Source of the DNA: an uncultured Candidatus Poseidoniales archaeon
GTDB taxonomy: Archaea; Thermoplasmatota; Poseidoniia; Poseidoniales; Thalassarchaeaceae
NCBI GenBank assembly: GCA_964563355.1
Contig: CAZLVU010000002.1
Location: 3,805 to 67,804 of the forward strand
Reading direction: 5' to 3'
Length of the DNA stretch: 64,000 nt
The number at the start of each line of letters is the position of its first letter. Within the stretch, counting starts at the first letter, position 1. The translations under genes were made by a program, and so were the position numbers. Of this stretch, positions 8,539 through 17,700 are shown piece after piece. The notes under the pieces are model-generated. The model did not search any database, had not been told where the DNA came from, and was given only the letters and a program-made list of their open reading frames with translations.

Positions 8539-10881
8539 ATGAGAGGGAGCAAAAGGACTCGGTCCGCAGTATTAATCCTGTTTTTCTTGGCCGCGTCAAT
8601 AACTGCCCCGTCAGCGCAATCCTTGCCTGCTGGAATTTCCGGGGTCAAAGACTCTGGTTGCAATTGCCATGGTGCGACCACATCTTCCTCTGTTGTTGCG
8701 TCAATAGATGGTCTGCCAGAGAGCTACAACTACTCCCAGTCATACGAGATAACCGTCTCCTTCGAAGGTGGTCCCAGTGCGGAGGATAACATCAACCAGG
8801 GCGGTTTCCATCTGTGGGTCAGCGACGGAGAGCTAGCGGCTAACGACGGCACCGTACAGGTGTTCGACCCCAATCAGGCGGGGCACACCGAAGCCGGAAA
8901 CGACCAGTCTTCGTGGACGATAACATGGGTCGCACCGGCTAGCGACGCGAACGTGGAGTTCGTTCTACACGTCAACTCTGTCAACGGCAACGCGGATGGG
9001 GCTGGTGGGGGAAGCTCCGGAGACCTCTGGAACAAGGTCACGATGTCCTTGGCCGGACCTATCGTGGTTCTGGAGTCATCTGACCCATTCGTCGTCCTAA
9101 CCGTTCTAATTGTGGTGTCGGCCACCTTGCTTACAATCACACTGGCCTTCATTTTCTACAGGGCCAACCCCGACTCATTCGACTGGGACACCTTCGCCCC
9201 GTGGATTGCGGAGTGGTTGACCAGCACCGATCACAAGAAGATAGGCACGCTGTATACGGTGCAGGGGCTATTCTTCCTCGGCGTGGGAGGCATCATGGCC
9301 TTGTTCATACGAATCCAACTAGCCGTTCCCGGGAACGACTTTTTGACCCAGGACCAGTACAACCAATTCTTCACCCTCCACGGTACCACGATGATATTCC
9401 TCGCAGCGATGCCGCTGATAAACGGGTTTGCGAACTGGATTGTGCCCCTTCAGATCGGAGCGCCCGACCTAGCGCTGCCTAGGATAAACGCCATGTCGTT
9501 CTGGCTGCAGCCGTTCGCAGCCATCCTGATCTTCACTGGCATTTTCTCAGGCGGGGGAGCGGACACCGGCTGGACCGGGTACGCCCCCTACGTGGTTAGC
9601 GAGACCGCGCACTCCGGAACAACGATGTGGGCAGCGGGGCAGTTAATGCTGGTAGCCTCCTCCACCTTGACCGGGATCAACTTCCTCACGACCATTGCCG
9701 TGATGCGGGCCGAGGGGATGGGGTGGATGCACATCCCCTTGTTCACGTGGTCCATCTTTATTGCCAACGTGATGCTGTTCCTCTCGATTCCCGCGTTCGG
9801 GATCGGCTTGATCCAAGTATACCTGGACAGGGTGATCGGCACTGCCTTCTACGACGTCGCAGCAGGTGGCGACCCGTTGCTCTGGAGTCACCTTTTCTGG
9901 TACTTTGGCCACCCGGAAGTGTACGTCGTCATCGTTCCGGCCTTCGGAATAATCTCCGAGATTATCGCCACCAGCGCCAGGAGATCCGTGTTCGGGTACC
10001 GCTCGATGGTCTACGCGATGGCCGGGATAGGAATCGTCTCCTTCATCGTCTACGGGCACCACATGTTCACCAGCGGAATGAGCCCGACGCTGAGGTTCGT
10101 CACGATGCTGACAACCATGCTGGTGGCAGTGCCAACCGGAATCAAGATTTTCAACTGGCTGATGACGATGCATGGGGGGTCACTGGTGTACCGCACCCAC
10201 ACCCTATGGGCACTGGGATTCCTGTTGACCTTCACCATAGGAGGAATCTCGGGCATGTTCTTCCCCTCGGTTGCGATGGACCTCCACCTGCATGAGTCTT
10301 ATTTCGTGGTCGCACACTTCCACTACGTCCTAGTGGGAGGCACGGTTTTCGGGTTTGTAGCTGGCATTTACTACTGGTTCCCCAAGGCCACGGGAAAGAT
10401 GCTGGACGAGAGGCTGGGGGCGATTCACTTCCTCGTCGGCTTCGTGTCCTACAACGCTCTTTTCTGGCCCATGCACAGGCTCGGGGTCTGGGGAATGGCA
10501 CGTAGGCACCACACATACTTCATCACCACTGAGGAGGCTTTGGGAGCCCTGCCGCCCGAGGCAGCGGGCTGGAACATGTTCATCACGGTCTCCGCTTTCG
10601 TGTTCATGGCCTCCTTCTTCATCCTAGTCGCCAACATGATAATCTCGTCGATCAGGGGGGTCGATGCCCCGGCCGACCCCTGGGGTGGCTGGTCATTCGA
10701 GTGGATGACGCCCTCTCCCCCGCCAACTCCGAGCTTCGGTCACTTCGACGGGGAGAAGTGGATCGGGCTCCCCGTACTGAAGGATGCCAACGGGCACCTA
10801 GCCAACGAGCCCAGCGCAATAGGGAGGCTGTTCAATCGTCTCATGGTCTCTGACGACGACGTAGAGGAGGTGTCTCATTGA
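8539..10881 (+). CDS. coxA: Cytochrome c oxidase subunit I with a 230-aa N-terminal extracytoplasmic extension
   Basis: The canonical CoxI begins at DHKKIGTLY (nt 9229). Ligand motifs present are WYFGHPEVYVVIVPAFG, YGHHMFTSG and VAHFHYVLVGG. The preceding 230 aa comprise a signal-like peptide, a soluble domain and one extra TM helix (see findings). Confidence 0.95.
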   Translation: MRGSKRTRSAVLILFFLAASITAPSAQSLPAGISGVKDSGCNCHGATTSSSVVASIDGLPESYNYSQSYEITVSFEGGPSAEDNINQGGFHLWVSDGELAANDGTVQVFDPNQAGHTEAGNDQSSWTITWVAPASDANVEFVLHVNSVNGNADGAGGGSSGDLWNKVTMSLAGPIVVLESSDPFVVLTVLIVVSATLLTITLAFIFYRANPDSFDWDTFAPWIAEWLTSTDHKKIGTLYTVQGLFFLGVGGIMALFIRIQLAVPGNDFLTQDQYNQFFTLHGTTMIFLAAMPLINGFANWIVPLQIGAPDLALPRINAMSFWLQPFAAILIFTGIFSGGGADTGWTGYAPYVVSETAHSGTTMWAAGQLMLVASSTLTGINFLTTIAVMRAEGMGWMHIPLFTWSIFIANVMLFLSIPAFGIGLIQVYLDRVIGTAFYDVAAGGDPLLWSHLFWYFGHPEVYVVIVPAFGIISEIIATSARRSVFGYRSMVYAMAGIGIVSFIVYGHHMFTSGMSPTLRFVTMLTTMLVAVPTGIKIFNWLMTMHGGSLVYRTHTLWALGFLLTFTIGGISGMFFPSVAMDLHLHESYFVVAHFHYVLVGGTVFGFVAGIYYWFPKATGKMLDERLGAIHFLVGFVSYNALFWPMHRLGVWGMARRHHTYFITTEEALGALPPEAAGWNMFITVSAFVFMASFFILVANMIISSIRGVDAPADPWGGWSFEWMTPSPPPTPSFGHFDGEKWIGLPVLKDANGHLANEPSAIGRLFNRLMVSDDDVEEVSH

Positions 10882-11972
10882 GCTACGATGACCATCACCA
10901 CCCGACGCCATGGGGGCCACAGGACTGGGGGCATGGCGCGCCTCACAACTCATGGGCACCAATCATCATGAGCTTTGGTATCGCAGTCTTCCTCTTCTCC
11001 CTGGCAAGCGTGTTCGAGTGGGGCGAGTTCATCGGCTGGGGCTATGTCCCAGTGATCTTACTGGGCATGGTAATCACCCTGGTGGGACTGGTGGTCTGGT
11101 GGAGGCAGGACTACAGCTTCGATGGGTCCTACGAGCCCAGGGCCACCGGGGCACCGTTCCAGAACATCGAAATCCGCAAGGTGGCGATGTGGGTGTTCCT
11201 GATGTCTGAGATGATGGTGTTCACCTCCCTCTTCAGCACGTACATCAGGTACAGGCTTGGCATCACCCCCTGCAAGGAGGTCTTCGAGAGTGGCGACTGG
11301 GTGGAGGGGACTGCAGTCACCTGCTTCGAGCCAGCCAGCCACCTGATTGCCTCCAGCTGGTTCCACCTCGCTCCCGGGGCGATCAACACCTTCGCCCTGA
11401 TAATATCCTCATTCACCATAGTTCAGGCCCTGCGCTACGCCAAGATGAGCGACGACGCGCTAAGCAGGAAGTTTGGCAAGAGGGTCGATGCGGCGGTCAT
11501 CCGCAGGCGCAAGGTTACCCGTTACCTTGGCACGACCTGGTTCCTCGCTGTTCTGTTCCTCACGATGAAGATGATCGAGTGGTTCCTCGGCTTCCCCCTC
11601 CCCGGGTTCCTGGCAGAATTCAACCATGGGCACGACACCATCCAGTCTCTGTACTCGGAGGGCTACCTGATCAACGCTGAGAACTACCAGCACCATGATT
11701 ACAACACTGAGCACCACCACGTGGAGGGTCACAGTGACCACGCTCAGATGATGGCTAACATTCAGGTCAGCGCGACTACCTTCTACGTGACCACGGGGAC
11801 TCACGGCGCGCACGTGTTCGGGGGCATCATAGGCCTGACCTACATGACTCTCAAGGCCAGTACGGGTGGCTACACCCCCGAGAACGCCGTCTCCATCGAG
11901 TACTTCGGCTTGTACTGGCACTTCGTGGACCTGGTCTGGGTCCTCGTCTTCCCGTTCTTCTATCTGTTCTAG
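10878..11972 (+). CDS. coxC: Cytochrome c oxidase subunit III (enlarged, His-rich loop)
   Basis: Matching segments are VAMWVFLMSEMMVFTSLFSTY, TGTHGAHVFGGIIGL and YWHFVDLVWVLVFPFFYL. The TTG start overlaps the coxA stop by 4 nt. Confidence 0.85.
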   Translation: MSYDDHHHPTPWGPQDWGHGAPHNSWAPIIMSFGIAVFLFSLASVFEWGEFIGWGYVPVILLGMVITLVGLVVWWRQDYSFDGSYEPRATGAPFQNIEIRKVAMWVFLMSEMMVFTSLFSTYIRYRLGITPCKEVFESGDWVEGTAVTCFEPASHLIASSWFHLAPGAINTFALIISSFTIVQALRYAKMSDDALSRKFGKRVDAAVIRRRKVTRYLGTTWFLAVLFLTMKMIEWFLGFPLPGFLAEFNHGHDTIQSLYSEGYLINAENYQHHDYNTEHHHVEGHSDHAQMMANIQVSATTFYVTTGTHGAHVFGGIIGLTYMTLKASTGGYTPENAVSIEYFGLYWHFVDLVWVLVFPFFYLF

Positions 11973-11980
11973 GTGAAATT

Positions 11981-12337
11981 ATGGCTGACCACGACTACAC
12001 AATTCTCGGATTCGACCCCTTCTTAGGGCAGGACGCGTACTGGATGAACTTCTTCGGCCTGATGGCCCTGACGGTGATAGAGGTGGGTGCGGTAGGGCTA
12101 GATCTCTCTCGGACCACCACCCTTACCGTGCTGACGGTGGTGGCCATCCCGAAGTTCATCATGATCACGGGGATTTTCATGCACCTCTGGGGGAGCAAGG
12201 ACTCCTCCATTCTGACTCTCACGGCACTCTTCCCGGCATTCTTCATCATCATCATGGTCCTGTTCGTGGGCCTGACTCACCCCGATGCTGCAACCGGCCT
12301 TCCCGACTGGTGCAGACCGGGCAACTACGGGCTGTGA
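11981..12337 (+). CDS. Small 3-TM membrane protein, prokaryotic oxidase subunit-IV-like
   Basis: The 118-aa ORF has three hydrophobic helices. AIPKFIMITGIFMHLWGS resembles the K..L....FMHL signature of the COX4_pro family. It sits directly after coxC. Confidence 0.65.
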   Translation: MADHDYTILGFDPFLGQDAYWMNFFGLMALTVIEVGAVGLDLSRTTTLTVLTVVAIPKFIMITGIFMHLWGSKDSSILTLTALFPAFFIIIMVLFVGLTHPDAATGLPDWCRPGNYGL

Positions 12338-12378
12338 CCTGTAAGGTTCATGGCTGGAAGCGGCTACGAATCGTCGCT

Positions 12379-12464
12379 GCAGACGTCGCATAGCCTGGTA
12401 TTGCGCCGGATTTGAAATCCGGTGTCCTAGTGACTCGGGAGTTCAAATCTCTCCGTCTGCGCCA
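12379..12464 (+). tRNA. tRNA-Ser (anticodon UGA), CCA encoded
   Basis: I folded the cloverleaf by hand. The acceptor is GCAGACG/CGTCTGC. The anticodon stem is CCGGA/TCCGG with loop TTTGAAA. The long variable arm is TGTCCTAGTGACTC with a GTC/GAC stem. The T arm is GGGAG-TTCAAAT-CTCTC. The discriminator is G, followed by CCA. Confidence 0.9.
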
Positions 12465-12489
12465 ACTCTGGATGCTTCTGGTCTTTGGA

Positions 12490-13503
12490 CTACTCGTTCG
12501 GAATTGAGGCAGCTCCGCGGACTGTCAGCTGATCTTCGTGGTACTGCATCGAGACCGGTGTGGTGATTACGGCCTCTCCGTCGACGTTCACAAACAGAGG
12601 GGTTCCCTCGGAGACGTCGAGCTCGTACCTCTTGGCCGGCTCCATGGTGACTCCCCATTTCCCGACGTGCTTGCCCTTCTCAAGTGGCCCCATCAACATC
12701 AGCATCCTGATCTTCGACAGCCCCCATGCCATCACCAAGGAACAGTGCCCCTGGGTTGGCTTGGCGCCGGGAGCGACCCTGTAACCGCCACCGAAGGTCT
12801 GGCACTGGCTCATGCAGAACAGACCCGAGAGGTCCACATCGATCTGCTCGCCCCCATCGATAGCGTACTTGCCCCTCTGCTTCTTCCAGAAAATCACAGC
12901 CTTGATTGCCAGAGCGGTATACTTGGCCTGGCCCCGGATCCACTTGAACTGCCCCTCGTCCTTCAGACGGTTGACCACAGATGTGACTCCGGCATCGCAC
13001 TCCAAGAAGCTCCACCGGACCAGGTTCCCTGCTTTCTCGGCCTCCCCGTTGCAGGAGTAAGGCTCGGGGGCGGCCTTGGTGGGATGCTCCGGAGCTGGAG
13101 TGCCCTCCACCCTGACTGACCCGACCCTCCTGTCATTGCCGTTCACCAGAATGTCGATTGCGCCCTGCATGTCCCTGAACTTGTTCCCCTTGGGAGTCGG
13201 GATTCCGTGTGCGCGGGCGTAGTCGTTTCCGCTACCGATCGGGAGTATCCCCATGACCTTCTGCGATCCCCTAAGTCCCGATGCCACTTCGTGCACGGTA
13301 CCGTCCCCCCCTACCGCGACCACCAGATCGTGGTCCGAACCCACAAGGCTCTGGGCTATGTCCATAGCGTGTCCCGGGCCCTGAGTTCGATGCAGGTCGA
13401 TATCGAAACCTGCCTCCCTAAGGGCCGGGTCGAACCGATCCCACTGCTTGAGTGAGAGTCCGTCTCGGGCATTGGGGTTGAGTATGCATGCGATGCGAGG
13501 CAC
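12490..13503 (-). CDS. Diacylglycerol-kinase-family lipid kinase (YegS/BmrU-like)
   Basis: Matching segments are ACILNPNARDG, VVAVGGDGTVHEVASGL and GILPIGSGNDYARAHGIP. The protein is 337 aa. Confidence 0.85.
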   Translation of the reverse strand: MPRIACILNPNARDGLSLKQWDRFDPALREAGFDIDLHRTQGPGHAMDIAQSLVGSDHDLVVAVGGDGTVHEVASGLRGSQKVMGILPIGSGNDYARAHGIPTPKGNKFRDMQGAIDILVNGNDRRVGSVRVEGTPAPEHPTKAAPEPYSCNGEAEKAGNLVRWSFLECDAGVTSVVNRLKDEGQFKWIRGQAKYTALAIKAVIFWKKQRGKYAIDGGEQIDVDLSGLFCMSQCQTFGGGYRVAPGAKPTQGHCSLVMAWGLSKIRMLMLMGPLEKGKHVGKWGVTMEPAKRYELDVSEGTPLFVNVDGEAVITTPVSMQYHEDQLTVRGAASIPNE

Positions 13504-13553
13504 GCCTCACCGAGCACCCGTCTCCGACTTGAATCCTGCCGAAGCAAGGAATC

Positions 13554-14666
13554 ATGAGTGGCTCCACGCTCAGACGTCTGATTGGAATGGGTGACGGCTC
13601 TCCGCACATGCGTCGGGCGATTGAGCTAGCCGAGCCCGGCCGTTACCGAGTGATGCCCAACCCTATGGTGGGCTGCGTACTTGTCAGGGACGGAAAGATA
13701 GTCGCAGAGGGCTGGCACGACCACATTGGAGGTCTGCACGCTGAGCAGATGGCCATTGCCGATGCCGAGTCTCGTGGAATCCCGACGCAAGGCACCACCG
13801 CCTACGTCACCCTCGAGCCGTGCAACCACTTCGGGAGGACCCCCCCGTGCACCGAGTCACTGCTATGGGCGGGAGTGAGTAGGGTGGTAGTAGGCGCGCT
13901 CGATCCGAACCCCACTGTCAGGGGAGGGGGTGTGTCCGCGCTCCGGGAAGGGGGGGTTGACGTCTCAGTGGGGCTTCTGGGGGAGGAGTGCGAGGAGCAG
14001 ATGACAGCATTCATGCACTGGTGCCGGAACAGGCGACCGCTGGTCACGCTAAAGGTCTCAACAGACTCCTGCGGGAGGATTGACGGGGACCAATCGGAGC
14101 CATCTAGGCGCTTCAGCTCCCCTGAGTCGCTCGCTCTGGCACACCTGATCAGGGCAGAATCTATGGCCATACTAGTGGGGGTCAACACCGTGATCAGGGA
14201 CGATCCATCCCTCACGGTGAGAGGTCCCGACATCGGGCCGAGGAACCCACCGACCCGAGTCGTGGTCGACCCGAACGACAGAACCCCCCGAGACTGCAAG
14301 CTGATGACCGATGCCGAGGCCCCGACCCTCCTAGTCCAGTCATCAGAGAGCGATTGTACCGAGGACCCCGACCACGTGGAACGGGTGGTAATGCCCGATC
14401 AGGAAATCCCAGTGGCCAGAATCCTGGATATGCTAGGGGACAGGGGGGTGCAGTCTCTGCTGGTCGAGGGCGGTGCGGACACTTGGGAGAGGTTCCTCTC
14501 AGAGGGCTTTGTGGATCGGGCCCGCCTCTGTGTTTCCCCGTTGGATCTGGGTGGCGCGGGTGTGACTTTCAGCAGAAGCTCCCTCCCTGAGCACGGGCTG
14601 GCCCTCTCATCGAAGGAAGCTTCCTCGACCGACGAAATCGAGTGGTGGGCTAGGAAAAGGGGATGA
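13554..14666 (+). CDS. ribD: Bifunctional riboflavin biosynthesis protein RibD (pyrimidine deaminase + reductase)
   Basis: The deaminase zinc motifs are GLHAEQMAI and TLEPCNHFGRTPPC. The segment VVVGALDPNPTVRGGG is present. The C-terminal RibD_C-like part ends in LLVEGGADTWERFL. The start may be an internal Met (MGDGSPHMRRAIELA). Confidence 0.9.
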   Translation: MSGSTLRRLIGMGDGSPHMRRAIELAEPGRYRVMPNPMVGCVLVRDGKIVAEGWHDHIGGLHAEQMAIADAESRGIPTQGTTAYVTLEPCNHFGRTPPCTESLLWAGVSRVVVGALDPNPTVRGGGVSALREGGVDVSVGLLGEECEEQMTAFMHWCRNRRPLVTLKVSTDSCGRIDGDQSEPSRRFSSPESLALAHLIRAESMAILVGVNTVIRDDPSLTVRGPDIGPRNPPTRVVVDPNDRTPRDCKLMTDAEAPTLLVQSSESDCTEDPDHVERVVMPDQEIPVARILDMLGDRGVQSLLVEGGADTWERFLSEGFVDRARLCVSPLDLGGAGVTFSRSSLPEHGLALSSKEASSTDEIEWWARKRG

Positions 14667-14706
14667 CTGGGCTCAGAAAAGTGCGGGGATGACAGGATTG
14701 GCCTAT

Positions 14707-14716
14707 CATTATATAC
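14707..14716 (+). promoter_or_regulatory. Putative archaeal TATA box for the giant gene (implies a leaderless or near-leaderless mRNA)
   Basis: CATTATATAC ends 25-26 nt upstream of ATG 14741. This matches the usual archaeal TATA-to-TSS spacing. There is no Shine-Dalgarno-like purine run in between. Confidence 0.35.
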
Positions 14717-14740
14717 GATTGGTCTCGGAACGCGCCGCAC

Positions 14741-17700
14741 ATGTATAGTAGCGTACGCAAGACACGAAGCCTGAGCATCTGCCTGCTGATGGTCCTCTCG
14801 GCCCTAGGTCCGATAGCAATCTCGGCAGCAGCTGATCACGAAGAAGAGCACGATTGGGGGGAAAATGTCTCCCTCTACATCGAATCCTCCGACGGCGCCC
14901 AGGAGGAGATATTCCCTGGATGGCACTACCTGTCCGATGGGACCTACAACATGACGATCGAATACGAGGGCCTCGAAGTTGGCTCGAACTACAGCCTGCG
15001 TTGGTGGAATCATGGGGGCATCAACGAGGACTACGGCGACTTGGAGGGCGTGGTTAACAGCTCCTCCGTCACAGACACCTGGCAGATGGAGGTCAGTAAC
15101 TTCGACTGCCGGTGGAATGTGGATATAGAGGTCATAAACAACACTGATGGAGCTTGGCAGTACAATGAGGGTTACGTCTTCGAAGGTGACTGCGACGAGT
15201 ACGGCTCTCTCGTTCCCTCCGCGGAGATCAACGGCACCTGGGTCTCCGAGCCCGACGAGATGGAGGCGGGCGACTACAACATGAGCTGGGGCGTTTCAAG
15301 CCTGACAGCTGGGGAGGAGTACAAGCTGGATTTCTGGTACTACCTGAGTCACGACAGGATTTACTACGGCGACATGGAGACCGGGGAATTCGACCACTCA
15401 TGGACTGCATCGGGAACCGATGAGACGGTGGAGTGGAATGTGAGCATAACGGATTTCCACTGCACGCTACAGACCGAGGCCGTGCTATGGCAGAACACGT
15501 CAACCGGCTGGGACGTAGTAGACCAGTACTGGGTAGGATCCTGGTCCGAGGTCATCATGCTTCCGTGCGAGGACAGGATGACAGCGTGGCTCTGGGCCGA
15601 CCTAGACGGGGACGGCATCGAAGAGCAGAATGCGCTGGCTAACCACGGGGACAGAGATTACCGAGATGACTACTACCATGACGTAGACTGCACCTACAAC
15701 AGCCCCACTGAAGAGTGGGCGTGCGACGATTACGGTGACGCATTTCCCCCAGCTGTGGAATACTACGACTACTGCTACGAGTATGGCGAGGACGAAGAAA
15801 CTGGCAATGCCCTTCTCGCTTGCAACAACCACTACCCGGCTGAGCACCTAGAAGCCGGGAGCTACAACGTCACCCTAGAGATCAGGGGTCTGGAGGTCGG
15901 TGATGACTACTGGCTGTCAGGCGAACTGTGGGAGCACGGCTTCTGGTCAGGCTCGAATAACTACTACGAGCTGGACTTCACCGCTCCCACGGAAGAGGTC
16001 GCCGAGACCGTAGTTCTGGTCATAAGCAATCACACGTGCCAATACGGATTCGACCTCACCCTTCACAACAACCTCAGCGACGGGGCGGGGAACTGGCATA
16101 ACATGTACCTCGAAAACCTCGGCGTACATGTCTTCGGGCCCTGCGAGGAGACGCCCGCGCCCTTCACCCTGACCTACGACAACGTCGTGTGGGAGCCCGA
16201 ATGGCAGTACGAGGAGTTCGATGAGTGCGAGGAGATAGACGGAGGATACGAGTGCTGGAACAACGGCTCCTGGGGCTACCAGGAGGACGTGCCCATCGCA
16301 TTCCTGTACGACATGTCAGGCCCGATTGCGTTCTATGCCCCTGGTTTCCTGTCCTCGGCGGAGATCGCGATCGAGCACCTGAACGATAATCAGGACATTT
16401 ACAACTTCTCCTTAGAGGAATACGACACGGGATGCGATGGCAGCACAGCGGCGATCGCAGCCCAGGACGCCGTCGACGACGGGATCGAGCTCGTAGTCGG
16501 GGCCCTGTGCTCCGGGGCGTCGATGGGCGCCAACTCCATCCTGTCATCATACGGCATACCCCACATCTCACCGACCTCGTCGTCCCCGGACCTCAGCGAC
16601 AGCAGCTCATACCCCGGGTTCTTCCGGGTTTTCGCGAGCGATGACATGGGCGGTCATGCCATGGCCGACCTCGTGAGGGGCTCCAACTCGAGCTCCCCCG
16701 CAGTACTGTACAGCGGTGGTGATAGTTACCTGGGCAATATTGCCGAGACCTTCATCGAGGACTACGAGGACGGAGGAGGCTCGATATGCGCTGAGCTTGA
16801 CGTCGCTTTGGGCGAGACTGACCTCTCTGACGAGGCTCAGACCCTTACCGACGACTCATGCGACTCGGTGGTGATGGTTACCTACGCCGATACTGCTGGT
16901 CCGATGCTAACCGAGCTCGGCGACGACGGCTGGAGCGGGGAGATGTTCACCCATGCAGTCACGGCCTATGAAATAGGGGCCAACATGAATGACGCATCCG
17001 ATGCCGATGGCTTGCAATTCGTCGACCCTGCAGTGGGGGCATCTGACTCCGAGAGGGCCGAGGCATTCTCCGAGGATTGCGACAACGACTCCGACTGCTC
17101 CAATGGCATCTACACCTACGAGAACTACGACGCCTTCTCCGTACTAGCCGAGTCTTTCTTGCTTGCTTCGGCATGGGGAATGCCGCTAGAGGAGGCGATA
17201 CACGCCGTCGGCTACGGGTGGGACGGTGCGAGCTCTGTGGTCACCTTCAACGACGACGGGGATGTGGGGGGCAACGGCTACGATCTGTGCGATCTCGAGT
17301 ACGACAGTTCGAACGGATCGCTAGTATCCGGATGCGACGGCCACTGGGACCCCCCAGGTTTCTACTATAACGCCAACGAAGTCATCGACGTCTACGATGT
17401 GATCAACGGCGGCTCATGGTTCGAGGAGTGCGACGACTCCTCAGGGGTGTGGATTTGCCAGACGTGGTGGGGGTGGGATAACCCCGACATAGACCCGGGC
17501 AACCACTCCATGAGCTGGAACATTACCGACTTGATAGACGGCGTTAACTACCTCTTCGAGTACCATGTCGGCATTGATACCGCCATGTATGGCTGGGAAT
17601 ACGGAGATGTGAGTCACTCGTTCGAGGCGTCTGGCAACGGGCAGTCGGACGCGACACACGAAATAGACTGGTTCTTGGAGACCGACGAGTACACCTGCAT

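Noticed and set aside
8659-8670. The CNCH motif in the CoxI N-terminal extension as a heme-c attachment site
   Set aside because: The canonical site is CxxCH. This one is CxCH, with one residue fewer, and I know of no established c-type attachment with that spacing. I kept it only as a descriptive feature of the fused domain.
9627-10516. Several 60-220-aa ORFs in other frames within coxA
   Set aside because: They overlap the highly conserved CoxI frame. Their products are Arg/Pro/His-rich shadow-frame sequences.
12443-12658. A 71-aa minus-strand ORF
   Set aside because: It overlaps the 3' part of tRNA-Ser and the end of the lipid-kinase gene in another frame. The product is an Arg-rich shadow-frame sequence.
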